From NCBI GenBank assembly GCA_963726905.1, contig CAVSDZ010000016.1, positions 3,028 to 67,027 on the forward strand: 64,000 nucleotides of DNA. Reading direction: 5' to 3'. This stretch comes from an uncultured Microthrixaceae bacterium (GTDB taxonomy: Bacteria; Actinomycetota; Acidimicrobiia; Acidimicrobiales; Acidimicrobilacustridaceae). The position numbers were made by a program, and so were the translations under genes. Positions within the stretch are counted from its first letter, which is position 1; the number at the start of each line of letters is the position of its first letter. This document shows positions 16,143 to 27,364 of the stretch, piece by piece. The notes beneath the pieces are model-generated. The model saw only the letters and a list, made by a program, of their open reading frames with translations. It searched no databases and was not told the DNA's origin.

Positions 16143-16514
16143 TTGCGGGACCATCTCGACACCCTCGACATCGGCGTGGACACCTCAACTCCCTCCGGGG
16201 AGTTAATCGCCAACACGATCGCCAACTTCGCCCAGTTGGAGAGACGACTTATCGGACAACGTACAAAGGACGCGCTCGCCGTAAAGGGGGCGCAGGGGGT
16301 GAGGCTCGGCCGTCCGCGCTCCCTCCTTGATGAATCCGCCCGCGACATCGTGGAGCAACGCGGGGGTGGCCGCTCGTTCAAGCGGATTGCCGGCGACCTC
16401 AACGCCCGAGGGATCCCCACCGCGCATGGCGGACGGCAGTGGTGGCCGGGCACCATCCGGAAGGTCCTGACGAGTAGCCCTGACAACAGGAGTGCGGTCC
16501 GAGGCTTGCTCTAG
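16143..16514 (+). pseudogene. Serine recombinase (resolvase/large-serine-recombinase type) remnant lacking the catalytic N-terminus
   Basis: The remnant reads DIGVDTSTPSGELIANTIANFAQLERRLIGQRTKDALAVKGAQGVRLGRPRSL...SFKRIAGDLNARGIPTAHGGRQWWPGTIRKVLTS. That corresponds to the E-helix region of the resolvase domain plus the IA..LN..GI.T..G..W....V..IL motif that opens the recombinase domain. No Y.RVS..Q catalytic segment appears in any frame of 15740-16142, and the ORF stops soon after. Confidence 0.6.
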
Positions 16515-17340
16515 TGCGTCGTCGAATAGCCCGAACTGCCGATCGCATAGACGGGGCACGCGGGCTTGTCGTAGAGATCAACCGAGAAGGACCCTGTTCC
16601 GCCTGGGGGGATTCCGGCTGAACCTTCGGTCGATGAGTTGATCGTGTCGGTCGGGGAGCCATTCGAGAAGCACATCAGAAGGACGGTGGCGCCCGAGTCG
16701 ATCGCCTTTTCGGATGTGTTCGTCACGATCCCGACTGCCTGCGGAGTTCCGTACTGGCCCGGATTCATCTTGACCTCGGAGACCTTGAGATCAATGTTGT
16801 CGAACAGCTGAGTGCCCGAAGCGTCGTCGCCGGTGGCTGTTAGGTCGAATTTCGAGTCAGCCGGGATGGGGCTGGAGAAGTAGACGTAGCCCATCGCCCA
16901 CTCGCCAGGCTGGACTGTCGCGGGTTGTAGACCTTGCGAGCTACCTGAACCGGCGAGGCTCCCGTCGGCTCCGCGAGCTGTCCCCGTGACTTCAAGCCGC
17001 ATGAGAGCCTTGTCGGTGTTGTTGCGTACCACGACAGGCACGGTGCTACTCCCACTGCCCGACGGAGGTCCCTGAAGGACCACGGAGAGCTTGCCGGGAT
17101 CCCCAGCTGGAATGGTCACGGGGGCAGAAAGGTAGATAGTGGACGGATCCTTCGGCGCCGAAGTTGTTCCCGCGGATGTCGGGCTTGACTCCGGGGCTGA
17201 GGTGCTACTCACGCTCGGACCGGTATCTGATCGAACTACTTCGGTCTGGCTCGACGAAAAGTTCGCCCCTAGGAGCGCGCCAACTAGTCCGCCGAAGAGC
17301 AGGGCGACAGCAACCTCGACAAGTGCGACACCCACATCAA
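16511..17340 (-). CDS. Secreted or membrane-anchored hypothetical protein with two Ig-like-looking repeats
   Basis: This is the C-terminal 275 aa of ORF 16511..17689. The anchor is VALVEVAVALLFGGLVGALLG, followed by the S/T-rich linker SVSSTSAPESSPTSAGTTSAP and beta-rich modules (KLSVVLQGPP...VPVVVRNNTDKALMRLEVTG and AVGIVTNTSEKAIDSGATVLLMCF). GTG starts are available near 17328-17340. The upstream part of the ORF is antisense to the next gene. GC content is lower than in the core genes. Confidence 0.45.
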
Positions 17341-17368
17341 GTGGCACGAGCGGGAAGGGTTCGAGGAG

Positions 17369-17923
17369 GTGCTTCAGGCCACCTATTTCCTGGAGGAGAA
17401 CCTGGCCGGCGGCCTCGGCCCGGGTGGCCCCCCGCCCGGGATCCGCGACGTCCAGGGGCTGCTGGCCCGCCGCCGGCCCCACGACCCGCCGGCCAACCGC
17501 CACCGCGACCACCTTCTCACCCTGCGTCAGATGTCGGCCACGCTTCCGATGATGAACTACATCGGCCATGCCTACGCCAACACCTCCGGCGTGTACAAGC
17601 GCCTCGACATCGAAGTTCGCCGCAACCTCCTCACCTACGCCACCCTCCTCTACGCGGACGAGATCGACGAACTGCGCGACACCTGGCACGAGATCGACCT
17701 GGTCGTGCGCCGCCCCGTGCTCGACACGGCCACCCTCCTGGACCAGCTCGAGCGGCTCGACGCTCTCGCCTACAGCATGGGCGTGATCGCCGTCACCACC
17801 CTGGCCCGGCTGAACCCCAAATGGGTGTACGCGAGCCCTGGGCGTCCCACTCGCAACGCCAAGTATCTGCGTGGCGCCCCCTACGACCCCGATGAGGACC
17901 GATGGGGGCTTGACCCCCGTTAG
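17369..17923 (+). CDS. Hypothetical protein adjacent to the tRNA (start uncertain)
   Basis: This ORF has high GC3 and reads ...MSATLPMMNYIGHAYANTSGVYKRLDIEVRRNLLTYATLLYADEIDELRDTWHEIDLVVRRPVLDTATLLDQLERLDALAYSM... I see no integrase, transposase or other family signature. Confidence 0.35.
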   Translation: MLQATYFLEENLAGGLGPGGPPPGIRDVQGLLARRRPHDPPANRHRDHLLTLRQMSATLPMMNYIGHAYANTSGVYKRLDIEVRRNLLTYATLLYADEIDELRDTWHEIDLVVRRPVLDTATLLDQLERLDALAYSMGVIAVTTLARLNPKWVYASPGRPTRNAKYLRGAPYDPDEDRWGLDPR

Positions 17924-17943
17924 ACGCCGAGCCCCCCGGACAC

Positions 17944-17969
17944 GGAAAAGGCCCTCCCGCAGGAGGGCC
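17944..17969 (-). terminator. Intrinsic terminator downstream of tRNA-fMet
   Basis: A perfect 8-bp GC-rich stem, GGCCCTCC-cgca-GGAGGGCC (17950-17969), is followed on the minus strand by TTTT (17946-17949). It lies 17 nt after the tRNA 3' end. Confidence 0.6.
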
Positions 17970-17986
17970 TGACCGGCAAAAAACGT

Positions 17987-18063
<77 letters not shown>

Positions 18064-18191
18064 GCGTGGACTCGAAGATAGCAGCGGGCGCCCGGCGCTC
18101 CAACTCGGCCCCCGCCCGACCGGAGGACACAGCGCCACCGAAACGGTGGTCCAGTGTCCCCCAAACGAGAGCCCGAAGCCGGGGCGCGGTC

Positions 18192-21100
18192 CTACGCCGA
18201 GGTCGGCGGGCCCGTCGAGGTCGTGGTCGAGCCACCATTCCGAAGCGCCGTGGCCTGCACCAGCATGTCGCTGGCCTGCTTCACCGCCTGTTGGTAGGCG
18301 TTGAGGTCGCACACCCCGTGGCGCAGCTCGTCTTGAGGTCGTCCTGCGCCTTCTGCAACAGGGCGGAGGCATCGGCGATGAGCTGATCGGCGTTGCTGCT
18401 CGGCTCCCCCGTCGACGGCGTGGTCGAGCCCGGCGTCGTGGTCGTGGTCGACGAGTTGTCCGGCGGTGTGGTCGTGGTCGTAGACCCACCACCCCCTTCG
18501 AAGGTCTCGGCCTTCACCCCCGGGAACAACGCTGTCGAGCGCCTCCTTCAGCGTCGGCTTCATGGCCGACTGCCCGTTCCACACCACGATCACGTCCTTG
18601 AGCGCCGGCACCGGGGTGTTGTTCGACGACACGTACAACGGCCGCACGTACAGGATCGAGTTGTCGATCGGTATCAGCAACAGGTTGCCGAACGCCACCG
18701 TCGAACCGTTCTGGTTCAACAGCGAGATCTGCGCCGAGATCGACGTGTTGGCCTGGATGGCCGAGTTCACCAGCGCCGGCCCGTCGATCTGCAGATCGCT
18801 CGGCATCTCGTACGTTATGAGCTTGCCGTAGTCGTCCCGGTCGCTCTTGGCCACCATGAACGCGGTCAGCTTCTTCTTCGAGTCGTCGTCCGAGGTCGGC
18901 ACGAACGATCTCAACAGGACGAACGACTCCTTCGTGTCCCCCGGTAATTTCATCAACAGGTAGTACGGGTCGATGCGCGACTCCTTGGGCCGGATCACCT
19001 GCCCGTTCAGGTTCGTGCTCGGCGTCGTCGCCGCCCCGCCCGCCGTCACCAACGTGCCCGGGTCCTGCGCCACCGACCAGCCGTTGGTCTGCTCGTAGAA
19101 CGACTGCGCGTCGGTGATGTGGTACCGGCCCCACACGTTGGTCTGCACCCGGAACAGGTCCTCCGGGTAGCGCAGGTGGTCCTGCAGCGTGACCGGCATC
19201 TGGTCGATGGGCGTGAACAGATCGGGGAACGCCCCCTCATAGGCCTGGATGATCGGGTCGCTCGGGATCGATCACGTACATCTGCACCGTGCCGTCGTAG
19301 CTGTCGACCACGACCTTCACCGAGTTGCGCACGTAGTTGAAGTTCTTGCCCAGCCCGCTGTCGGTCGACAACCCCGCGTTGTCGACCCGCTGCGCATTGG
19401 GGTAGTGGTCGCTCGTCGTGTACGCGTCCATCACGTACTTGATCTTCCCGTCGACCACCACCGGGTACGGGTCGTGATCCAACGCCAGGAACGGGGCGAT
19501 GTTGTGCACCCGCTCCTTGATGTCGCGGACGTACAGGATCTTCGAGTCGTTCGTCACGAAGTTCGAGATCAGCGGGTTCAGGTTGCCGAAGCGGATGGCG
19601 AACGCCGCCCGCCGCACCCACGAGCTCATGGCCACGCCGCCCTTGCCGTCATACCGCGTGTTCACCGTCGCCCCCGAGGCGTCCAGGTAGTTCACCTCGT
19701 CACGGGTGCTGCCCACGATGGCGTAGCCCGTCTGCACCTCGCTGAAGTAGATGCCGTTCTGCGTGATGGTCAGGTCGATCGACGGGTCGATCGTCGTCGG
19801 CACGTCCCGCACCAGATAGTTCGGCAGGCCGTTGGCCGTCACCGCGTTGGCCGCCGACAACGCCAGGCCGTAGCCGTGCGTGTAGGCGATGTGCTGACCC
19901 TCCCACGACTGCTGCGGCGCGCCCGCCACGTTCAGGTCACGCGTCGACAGCACCACCTGCGTCGGCGCCGTGGACCCGTCGGCCAACTTGATCGGGTAGC
20001 GGTCCACCGACAGGTTGTTGAACCTCGTGTACGCCAGGTTGGCCTGCGTCCGCTGATAGGTCGGCGTCACCACCTTCGGATCCAGCAGGCGGATGTTGCG
20101 CACCGTCCCCGGGTTCGTCTCGATGGCCGCCTTGGCCTTGGCCGGGTCGGAGTTGTAGTCGAACGGCTGGTTCTCCACCACGTCCAACCCCGTGGCCTGA
20201 CGGGTGGCGTCGATGTTGTGGCTGATGTACGGCGCCTCCTTCGACGACTCCGACGGCAGCACCTGGAAGCGCTGCACGAACGCCGGGTAGGCCGTGCCCG
20301 CCACCAGGGCCACCAGCGCCCACAGCCCCACCGCCATCATGGGCAGCACCCACCCCCGCCGCCAGATGTTGTAGACGAACAACCCGGCCGACAACAGGGC
20401 GATGAAGATCAACAGGTTCAACGCCGGCAACTCGGCGTGCACCGCGGTGTACGTCGCCCCGTTGACCGTGCCCCTCGTCGAGAACGTGAGCTGGTAGCGG
20501 GCCAGCCAGTAGTCGACCGCCTTCACCAGGGCCAGCACCGCCAGCAGCACCGACAGATGGGCCTTGACCTGCGGCGTCACCCGCTGCATCGGGCTCTGCA
20601 GCCGGATGCCGCCGTTGAGGTAGTCGGCCACCAGCGTGATGATCAGGATGATGATCAGCGCGGCGAACAGCCACTGGGTGACGGCCTGGTAGAAGGGCAG
20701 CCGGAACACGTAGAAGCCGACGTCGGTGTTGAACGTGGCGTCGTTCACCCCGAAGCTCTGGGCGTGGGTGAACAGGATCCACTTGTTCCACTCCGACGAC
20801 ACCCCCACCCCGGTGATGAGGCCGAACAGCAGCGACACCGCCGCCCGCACGATCCACGCCCGGCGGTCCACCAGGTCGTGGTAGCGGGCCAGCATGTCGT
20901 CCTCGGGCCCGGCCGGGCGGAACTTGGGCGCGGTGCGATCGGCCACCGTCAGACTGGTGAAGCACATCACGAAGAAGATGAGCGTGAACACCGTGGCCAG
21001 CAGGAGCTTGGCCCCGAGGATGCCGGTCCACACCTGGGTCAGCCCCAGGTTCTGGAACCACAGGTAGTCGGTGTAGAAGAAGGCGATCCCCCGCAGCGAC

Positions 21101-21201
21101 GTGAACAGCAAGAAGAGCACCACCGCCGCGATGATCAGGAGGATCCGCCCCCGGCCACTGGTACGGCGACGTCGGCGCGGCATGTCGGTCGGTGCTCGCA
21201 T
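18192..21201 (-). CDS. UPF0182 family multi-pass membrane protein (Rv3193c-like; 3 frame jumps in the 3' third)
   Basis: ORF 19237..21201 (654 aa, intact) contains TDYLWFQNLGLTQVW and many TM helices. The gene continues in ORF 18192..19199 as DPIIQAYEGAFPDLFTPIDQMPVTLQDHLRYPEDLFRVQTNVWGRYH. The tail is in ORF 18281..18529 and then returns to the first frame (ADASALLQKAQDDLKT, then DLNAYQQAVKQASDMLVQA). Frame jumps are near 19260, 18510 and 18320. Confidence 0.85.
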
Positions 21202-21285
21202 GGGCGGTCAGCCTAGGAGACAACCATGGCCCGAACCGCGCGGCCAGGGCCGATTTCGTCGCATCAACCCACCGTCACCGTCTGG

Positions 21286-23230
21286 TCACCCCTGGCGGGG
21301 CGCGACCAGGCAGCGGCAGTGCGGGGAGATGGGCGGCGTCACGTGCCCCGTGGGGAACGGCTCGCCCTTGGGCAGGTCCCCGGCCAGGGCGTTGTCGTCG
21401 CAGTCGGGCGACGGGGTCCCGACGTCGTCCACGATCCAGTGCACCAGCGTGCCCGGCTTCAGGCGGTCGAGCAGGCCCCGGTTGGCCGCGGCCAGCGCCA
21501 GGCGCGGACGACGCCTCGTCCACCCGCTGGCCCTTCCACTCCCGGTAGCAGGCCCGCAGCCGCTCGGCCAGCTCCTCGTCGTCGCCGGCCGCCTCCCGGA
21601 AGCAGTTCTCGATGCGGTCCCGCAGCGGCTCGATGAGCTCCTTGGCCAGCTCGTCGGCCAGGTCGCCCACCTTCGTCTTGGGCGCCGGGCCCTTCCCGTC
21701 CAGCAGGTCGGCCCCCGCCGTGGCCGCCGCCGCCAGACCGGGCAGCGCGGCATCGCGGTAGCGCGACAGGTGGGCGTCGAGCGCCGGCAGCACCTTGTCG
21801 ACCGTGGGGGTGCCCTTCTGGCGGCGCACGGCGTCGAGCAGCTCGTTCTGCTCGTCGGACAGCTCCCGCTTGATGCGGCGCGACAACGTGCGCTCCACCT
21901 CGACCATGGCCACGTCGCGCCGCGCCACCAGCGCCGTGTCGGGGTCGGGCTCCTCGGCCTCCTCCAGCTCCTCGGCGTCGTCGACGTCGAGGATCTCGAC
22001 CACTGCCTGTTCGACCACGATCTCCTCGACCACCTCGAAGGGCGCATCGGGGTCGCCGGTGGCCTCGACCACCTCGATGACCTCGACCTCCTCCACCACC
22101 ACGGCCACCGCCCCCTCGCCGGTCTCGGCGGATGCCTCGGCCGCCGTCGGCGTCTCGGTCTCCTCCTTCAGCCGGGCGAACAGGCTGGACACGTTCCCCT
22201 CGCTGTCGCTGCCGTTGAGCGCCGGTGCCCGCCACCGGCTCGGCCGGCTCGGCCTCGGGCTCGGGCTCGTCGCGCTTGATGACGTTGACCGACGACGAAC
22301 GCCGACCCTGACGCCCGTCGGTCTCGGTCTCGGCCTCGGCCTCGTCGTCTCGGTTCGGCGGCGGCTTCCGGCTCGGCCTCCGGCTCGGCCTCCGTGGCGG
22401 ACTCCTGGGCCGCCGCTTCGGCTGCCCGCTCGGCGGCGGTCGGCGGCAGGCTGGCCGCCTCGCGCTCGAGATCCTCCAGCGACGGCTCCTCCTCCTCGCC
22501 CCGCAGCGCCGCCGCCTCGGCCGCCAGGCGGGCCTCCGGCAACGCCACCTGGAGCTCGTCGGTGGCGGTGTCGAGGGTGTCGCGCACCACGTCGTAGGCG
22601 CGTCAGCAACCGGTCCCGGCCGGCCTGGAGCCGCTCGATCTGCTGGCGGAACGCCTTGCGCCGCCGGGCCAGGTCCTGGAGCATCCGCTCGCGCACCTTC
22701 TGGGCCTCGGCCACCATCTCGCGGCCCTCCTGGCGGCCCTTCTCCACCTCGGCGGCCGCGTCGAGCTCGGCCTGGGCCCGCAGCTCGTCGCCCTGCGCCG
22801 CGATCTCGGCCACCTGCGCCTCGGCCTCGGCCGTCTTGACCGCCAGGATCTCGGCCGCCTCGGCCTTCATCCGGTCGGCCTCGGCCCGCGACTCGTCCAG
22901 CAGCTGGGTCGAATCGGCCAGCGCCTTGGCCCGCATCTCGTCGGAGGCCGCCCGGGCCGCCTCCAGCACCCGCGACATCTCCTCGCCCAGCAGCGACGTC
23001 AGCCGGCTCGGGTCCAGGTCCCGGTTGCGCTCGGCCTCGGCCTGGGCGGCCCGCACCTCCCGCTCGAGCTCCAGGATGGACGTGCGGGCCTCGCGCAGCT
23101 CGCTGGCCACCGACACCAGGAAGCTCTGGACCTCGATGGGGTCGTAGCCCTTGCGGACCGCGGAGAACGTACGGCGGGCGACGTCGTCGGGGTTCAACCC
23201 GGCGGCGGGATCAGACGAGATGGGAGCCAC
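21286..23230 (-). CDS. DivIVA-domain protein with a long acidic coiled-coil/linker region (at least 4 frame jumps)
   Basis: ORF 21275..23230 starts LNPDDVARRTFSAVRKGYDPIEVQSFLVSVASELREARTSILELERE (DivIVA N-domain). Acidic E/A/P-rich segments follow across ORFs 22168..22590 and 21459..22235. The conserved C-terminal part reads TLSRRIKRELSDEQNELLDAVRR...ERLRACYREWKGQRVDE, followed by GLLDRLKPGTLVHWIVDD...HCRCLVAP (ORF 21286..22047). Confidence 0.7.
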
Positions 23231-23272
23231 GAGGCGATGGTAGTCACGCCCCCGGCGCAGATCGGTGAGCCT

Positions 23273-24482
23273 CTACGAGCTGGTCTTGACCTGATCGGTC
23301 CCGCCGCCGATGGTGGCCAGCACCTTGAGGGCGTCGTCCACGTTGTCCACCGGCTCGACCCGCAGGTTGCCCGCGTACTTCTTGGCCTCGTCGTACTCGC
23401 TGCGCGGCACCAGGAACAGCTCGGCGCCCGAGTCGCGCACCGCCACCGTCTTCTGGTGCACGCCGCCGATGGGCCCGACCGTGCCGTCCGGGTTGATCGT
23501 GCCGGTGGTGGCCACCTTGTGCCCACCGGTGAGCGAGCCCGGCGTCAACACGTCCATGGTGCCCAGGGTGAAGGCCAGCCCGGCCGAGGGCCCGCCCACC
23601 GAACCCGAGTCGATCGTCACCTGGACGGGCATGTCGTAGTGGAGGTCACGGGTGCCGCTGACCACGCCCAGCAGGCCCTTGGTCGGGTCGTCGGGCTTGG
23701 CCCCCAGCGTCACCTGGCGGGCCACGGTCACCTGCGAGGCCCCCTCGGCCGGCAGGGGCTGCACCTGCAGGGTCACCACGTCACCGGGCTTGTGGGCGCT
23801 GATGGCCGCCCCCAGCTCGTCGGAACGGGTGACGGGCGTCGAGTCCACCGCGATGATGGTGTCGCCCGCGCTGAGCGTGCCGTCGGCCGGGCTCCCCGGC
23901 GACACCGCGGTGACCACGGCCCCGGTGCCCACGATCTTCACGTCGTAGCCCAGCTCCTGCTGGGCCACCGCGACGGCCGTCTCCTTCGAGTCGGTCATGG
24001 CCTGCAGGTTGACCTGGCGGTTCTGGTCCGGCGTGTCGTTGCCCAGGATCGTCGCGCTCGGGGAGGATGTCGATGCTCGAGTCGAAGTGCGCCAGCGCCC
24101 ACCCCAGTGCGGTGGCGTGCTGCACGGTCACCGTCACGTAGCCGACCTCGCCCTCGGGCGGGAACGTCTCGGCGCCGGTGACCTGGATGAGCGGCTCGGT
24201 GGCGCGGACCGACCCCGGCGACAGCAGGTAGTACGGCACCTTGATGATGGAGGCGGCCACCACGGCGACGGTGAGCACGAGCACGGTCGCGCCCGAGCGC
24301 GATCCACCAGCGGGAGAGATGGCGCCGCGACGGAGCCTCCTCGTCGGCGTCGTCGTCGGCGTCGGCAGCGTCGGCGTCGGCGTCGGGACGCGTCGAGCGT
24401 GTCGCGGAGCGTCGGCGTCAGCGTCGCTCACGGTCGGTTCGGTGGGGGTGGGGTCGGATAGGGTCGGGTCGTCGGCATCCAC
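23273..24482 (-). CDS. PDZ-domain / Lon-like S16 serine protease (Rv3194c/YlbL-like; one frameshift near 24050; start uncertain)
   Basis: ORF 23781..24590 gives the anchor TVLVLTVAVVAASIIKVPYYLLSPGSVRATEPLIQV. ORF 23273..23998 gives the PDZ domain (GAVVTAVSPGSPADGTLSAGDTIIAVDSTPV) and the Lon C-terminal domain (SGSVGGPSAGLAFTLGTMDVLTPGSLTGGHKVATTGTINPDGTVGPIGGVHQK). Confidence 0.8.
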
Positions 24483-24610
24483 AGCGGCGACAGCCTGCCA
24501 CGGAACCCAGCCGCGATCACGAGCGCGGGGAGACCACCAGCCGTGACCGAGTACGAGCCGGCCGCAGCACCCGACCCGGCCCTCGTCCACCGCCGCGGGC
24601 TGAGCGCCCG

Positions 24611-25234
24611 GTGGCGCCCGAACGCGAGCTGCCCGACGGCCTGGCCCGCCGTCGCGCCGCCGCCGTGGCCGGCCATTCCGGCGACGCCGCCGCCGCCCGG
24701 CTCTACCTGAGCGACCCCGAGCCGGCGGTGCGGGCCACCGCCCTCGGGGCGCTCGACCGCCTGGGTGAGCTCACCGCCACCGAGCTGACCGCGGCGCTGG
24801 CCGACCCCGCCGTGGGCGTCCGCCGTCGGGCCGTCGAGGTGGCCGCCGGGTGGCCGGGCGACGGGCCGGTCTCGCTGCTGGGCCTGCTCGACGACCCCGA
24901 CGCCACCGTGGTCGAGATGGTCGCCTGGGCCTGCGGCGAACGCCGAGCCACCCGGAGCCGGGGGTGGTGGCCCGGCTCTCGTCGCATCGTGATCGGCCAC
25001 GACGACGCGCTGTGCCGCGAGGCGGCGGTGGCCGCGCTGGGCGCCATCGGCGACCCGGCCGGCCTGCCCGCCATCCTGGCCGCCACCGGCGACAAGGCCA
25101 CCGTGCGCCGCCGCGCCGTCATCGCCCTGGCCCCGTTCGAGGGACCCGAGGTCGACGCCGCCCTGGACGCGGCCCGCACCGACCGCGACTGGCAGGTCCG
25201 CCAGGCCGCCGAGGACCTGCTGGCCGACGACTGA
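24611..25234 (+). CDS. HEAT-repeat protein
   Basis: The product has repeated ..D....VR..A..AL helical repeats (DPEPAVRATALGALDRL, DPAVGVRRRAVEVAA, ALCREAAVAALGAIGDPAGLPAI, DRDWQVRQAAEDLL). An odd Arg-rich stretch (~24935-24990) reads more naturally in the +1 frame (HPEPGVVARLSS), so a compensated pair of indels is possible there. Confidence 0.6.
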   Translation: MAPERELPDGLARRRAAAVAGHSGDAAAARLYLSDPEPAVRATALGALDRLGELTATELTAALADPAVGVRRRAVEVAAGWPGDGPVSLLGLLDDPDATVVEMVAWACGERRATRSRGWWPGSRRIVIGHDDALCREAAVAALGAIGDPAGLPAILAATGDKATVRRRAVIALAPFEGPEVDAALDAARTDRDWQVRQAAEDLLADD

Positions 25235-25325
25235 CCCTGATCGCGTCGTTCCTGTCCCTCAGCGACTCGAGAGCAGGTCGCTGAAGCGGACAGAAACGGC
25301 AAGAGGGCGCGAGGGGGGTCAGGCG

Positions 25326-26119
25326 TCAGGCGCCGAAGACGGGCTTGCGCTTGGCCAGGAAGGCGGCCACGTTCTCCTGGGCGTCGGGGGTCTGGCTGGC
25401 CGCGGCCATGACCTCGACGGCGTAGGCGTAGGCCTGGGGCAGGTCCATGCCGATCTGGGTGTGGAACGCCCGCTTGCCCAGCGCCTTGGACGACGCGCTC
25501 CCCCGCGTGGCCCGGCCCAGCAGGTCGTCCACCGCGGCGTCGAGCTCGGCGTCGGGCACCACCCGGTTGACCAGCCCCCAGTCGAGCGCGGTGGCGGCGT
25601 CGATGGTGTCGCCGGTGAGGGCCAGCTCCAGGGCCCGCTTGCGGCCCATGGTCCGCCCGATGGCCACCATCGGCGTGGTGCAGAACCAGCCGGCCTTGCC
25701 CCCCGGCGCGGCGAAGCCGGCCGATTCGGCGGCCACCGCCAGGTCGCAGCTGGCCACCAGCTGGCAGCCCGCCGCGGTGGCCAGGCCGTGCACCCGGGCC
25801 ACCACCACCTGGGGGATGCTCCTGCAGCGGTCATCATCACGTCGGTGCAGGTCTCGAGCAGGCGGCGCATGGCGGCGAGGTCGGCGCCGTCCATGTCGGC
25901 GAAGTCGTGGCCTGACGAGAACACCGGGCCGTTGGCGGCCATCACCACGCCCAGCGCGTCGGACTCACCGATGGCCCGCAGCGCGGCCAGCAGCTCCTGG
26001 AGGTGGTCGAGCGACAGGGCGTTGCGGCGATCGGGCCGGTTCATGGTGACGGTGAACCGGGGCCCGTCCCGCTCGACCAGGATGTTCTCGTACTCGCCCA
26101 GGGTCGACGTCATGGTCAC
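25326..26119 (-). CDS. Enoyl-CoA hydratase/isomerase (crotonase) family protein (one frameshift near 25820)
   Basis: ORF 25319..26119 gives ILVERDGPRFTVTMNRPDRRNALS...MAANGPVFSSGHDF. ORF 25326..25808 gives VVARVHGLATAAGCQLVASCDLAVAAESAGFAAPGGKAGWFCTTPMVAIGR...ALELALTGDTIDA. Confidence 0.8.
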
Positions 26120-26176
26120 GGGTTTAGCCCACCGGCCTCGCCGATGCCGGGTGATCGGACCGGGACCGGAGCTCGC

Positions 26177-27329
26177 TCAGCAAACGTCGGCCAACCACGC
26201 CCGGTCGAAGGCCTGGAGGGCGAACAGCTGGACCAGGGCGGCGTGGTCGAGGGTGCCGCCGTCGTCGTAGTGGCCGATGCCCCCGGCCACGAACCGCCCG
26301 GTGCGCGGGTCGCGGGCCTCGAGCCACACCCGCTCGAGGTAGCGGTCGAGCTCGGCCACCACCCGGGGCTGCGCCTCGACGGCGTGGAGGGTCAGCAGGT
26401 TGCGGAACATCACCGCCACGAAGGCCGGCGGCTGGAGCCACAGCCGGTCCTCGGCCCCGAAGTGGTCGAGGGCGGCGGCCGTGAGGCGCTGCGGCCCGCT
26501 CGAGATGACCGTGGTCGCCGGTGACCCGGAACCACAACACATCCGCCCCCACCGGCGTGCCCTGGTTGTAGGCCCACACCGTGTGGTCGATCCGACCGTC
26601 GGCCTCGACGTGGTCAGCCAGCAGCCCGTCGTCGCGCACCAGCGTCGACCACAGCCAGGCATCGGCGCGGTCGGCGCACGTCGCGGTGAGCGGGGCGCCG
26701 GTGAGGAGGTGCAGGCGCAGCGCCAGCTCGACCGCCGGAGCGGTGGAGCACGTGTTGCGGCTCCCACCGCCCTCGACCCAACGCACGCCGCCGTCGGGGT
26801 CCTGGCCCGAGGCGACGAGGTCGAAGGTGCGCTTGGCCTTGTGCAGCCACAGGCTGTCGTCGACCTCGCCGTGCTCCTGCAGGTGGGCCTGGACGAAGTC
26901 GAGCCCGAGCCAGGTGTTGTCGTCGTAGTAGCGCTCGCCGGCCGCCGGGTAGGGCGCATAGCCGTCGCCCCGGCGGTACAGCTCGACGGTGTCGGCCAGG
27001 TCGGCGACGGGCGCCGCGCCGGCGGCGGCCGGGGTCCAGCCGCTCGAGGTCGAGGGCGGCAGCCAGCACCTGGCTCAGCGGCCACACCGCGGCGATGCCC
27101 GCCTTCGCCCCGGCCCGTCCATGACCAGCAGCTGGTTGCCGCCCCGGCGCAGCATCGAGGTGGCCACCAGCTGGCGCCACGCCTCCGCCGCCCGCTCGGC
27201 CGGCGCCTCGATGGCCGCCGCGTCGGCGGGAGGGTGGACGGACGACCGCGACGGCGCAGCATGGGTCGAGCGTACGGTCCGCTCCCCCAACCCTGCGCTC
27301 TCGTTCTGGCGTCGATCCTCGATTGCCAT
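26177..27329 (-). CDS. Glycoside hydrolase family 76-like (alpha-1,6-mannanase-like) protein (at least 4 frame jumps)
   Basis: The stitched product reads AAIEAPAERAAEAWRQLVATSMLRRGGNQLL, then AGIAAVWPLSQVLAAALDL, then YYDDNTWLGLDFVQAHLQ...DGGVRWVEGGGSRNTCSTAPAVELALRLHLLTG...DGRIDHTVWAYNQGTPVGADVLW, then AALDHFGAEDRLWLQPPAFVAVMFRNLL. The fragments are in ORFs 27075..28961, 26614..27180, 26124..26786 and 26177..27262. Confidence 0.55.
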
Positions 27330-27364
27330 GGCGATCAGGCTCGACGCCGGTTCGGGCTGAGGGC

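Noticed and set aside
16431-16455. A direct repeat of the tRNA-fMet 3' end that would mark the distal att site of the island (partial match GTGGTGGCCGGGCA).
   Set aside because: Only ~11 of 17 positions match, and the match lies inside the recombinase remnant coding sequence. The only other similarity I spotted (GATTTGA near 5095) is too short. The distal boundary remains unknown.
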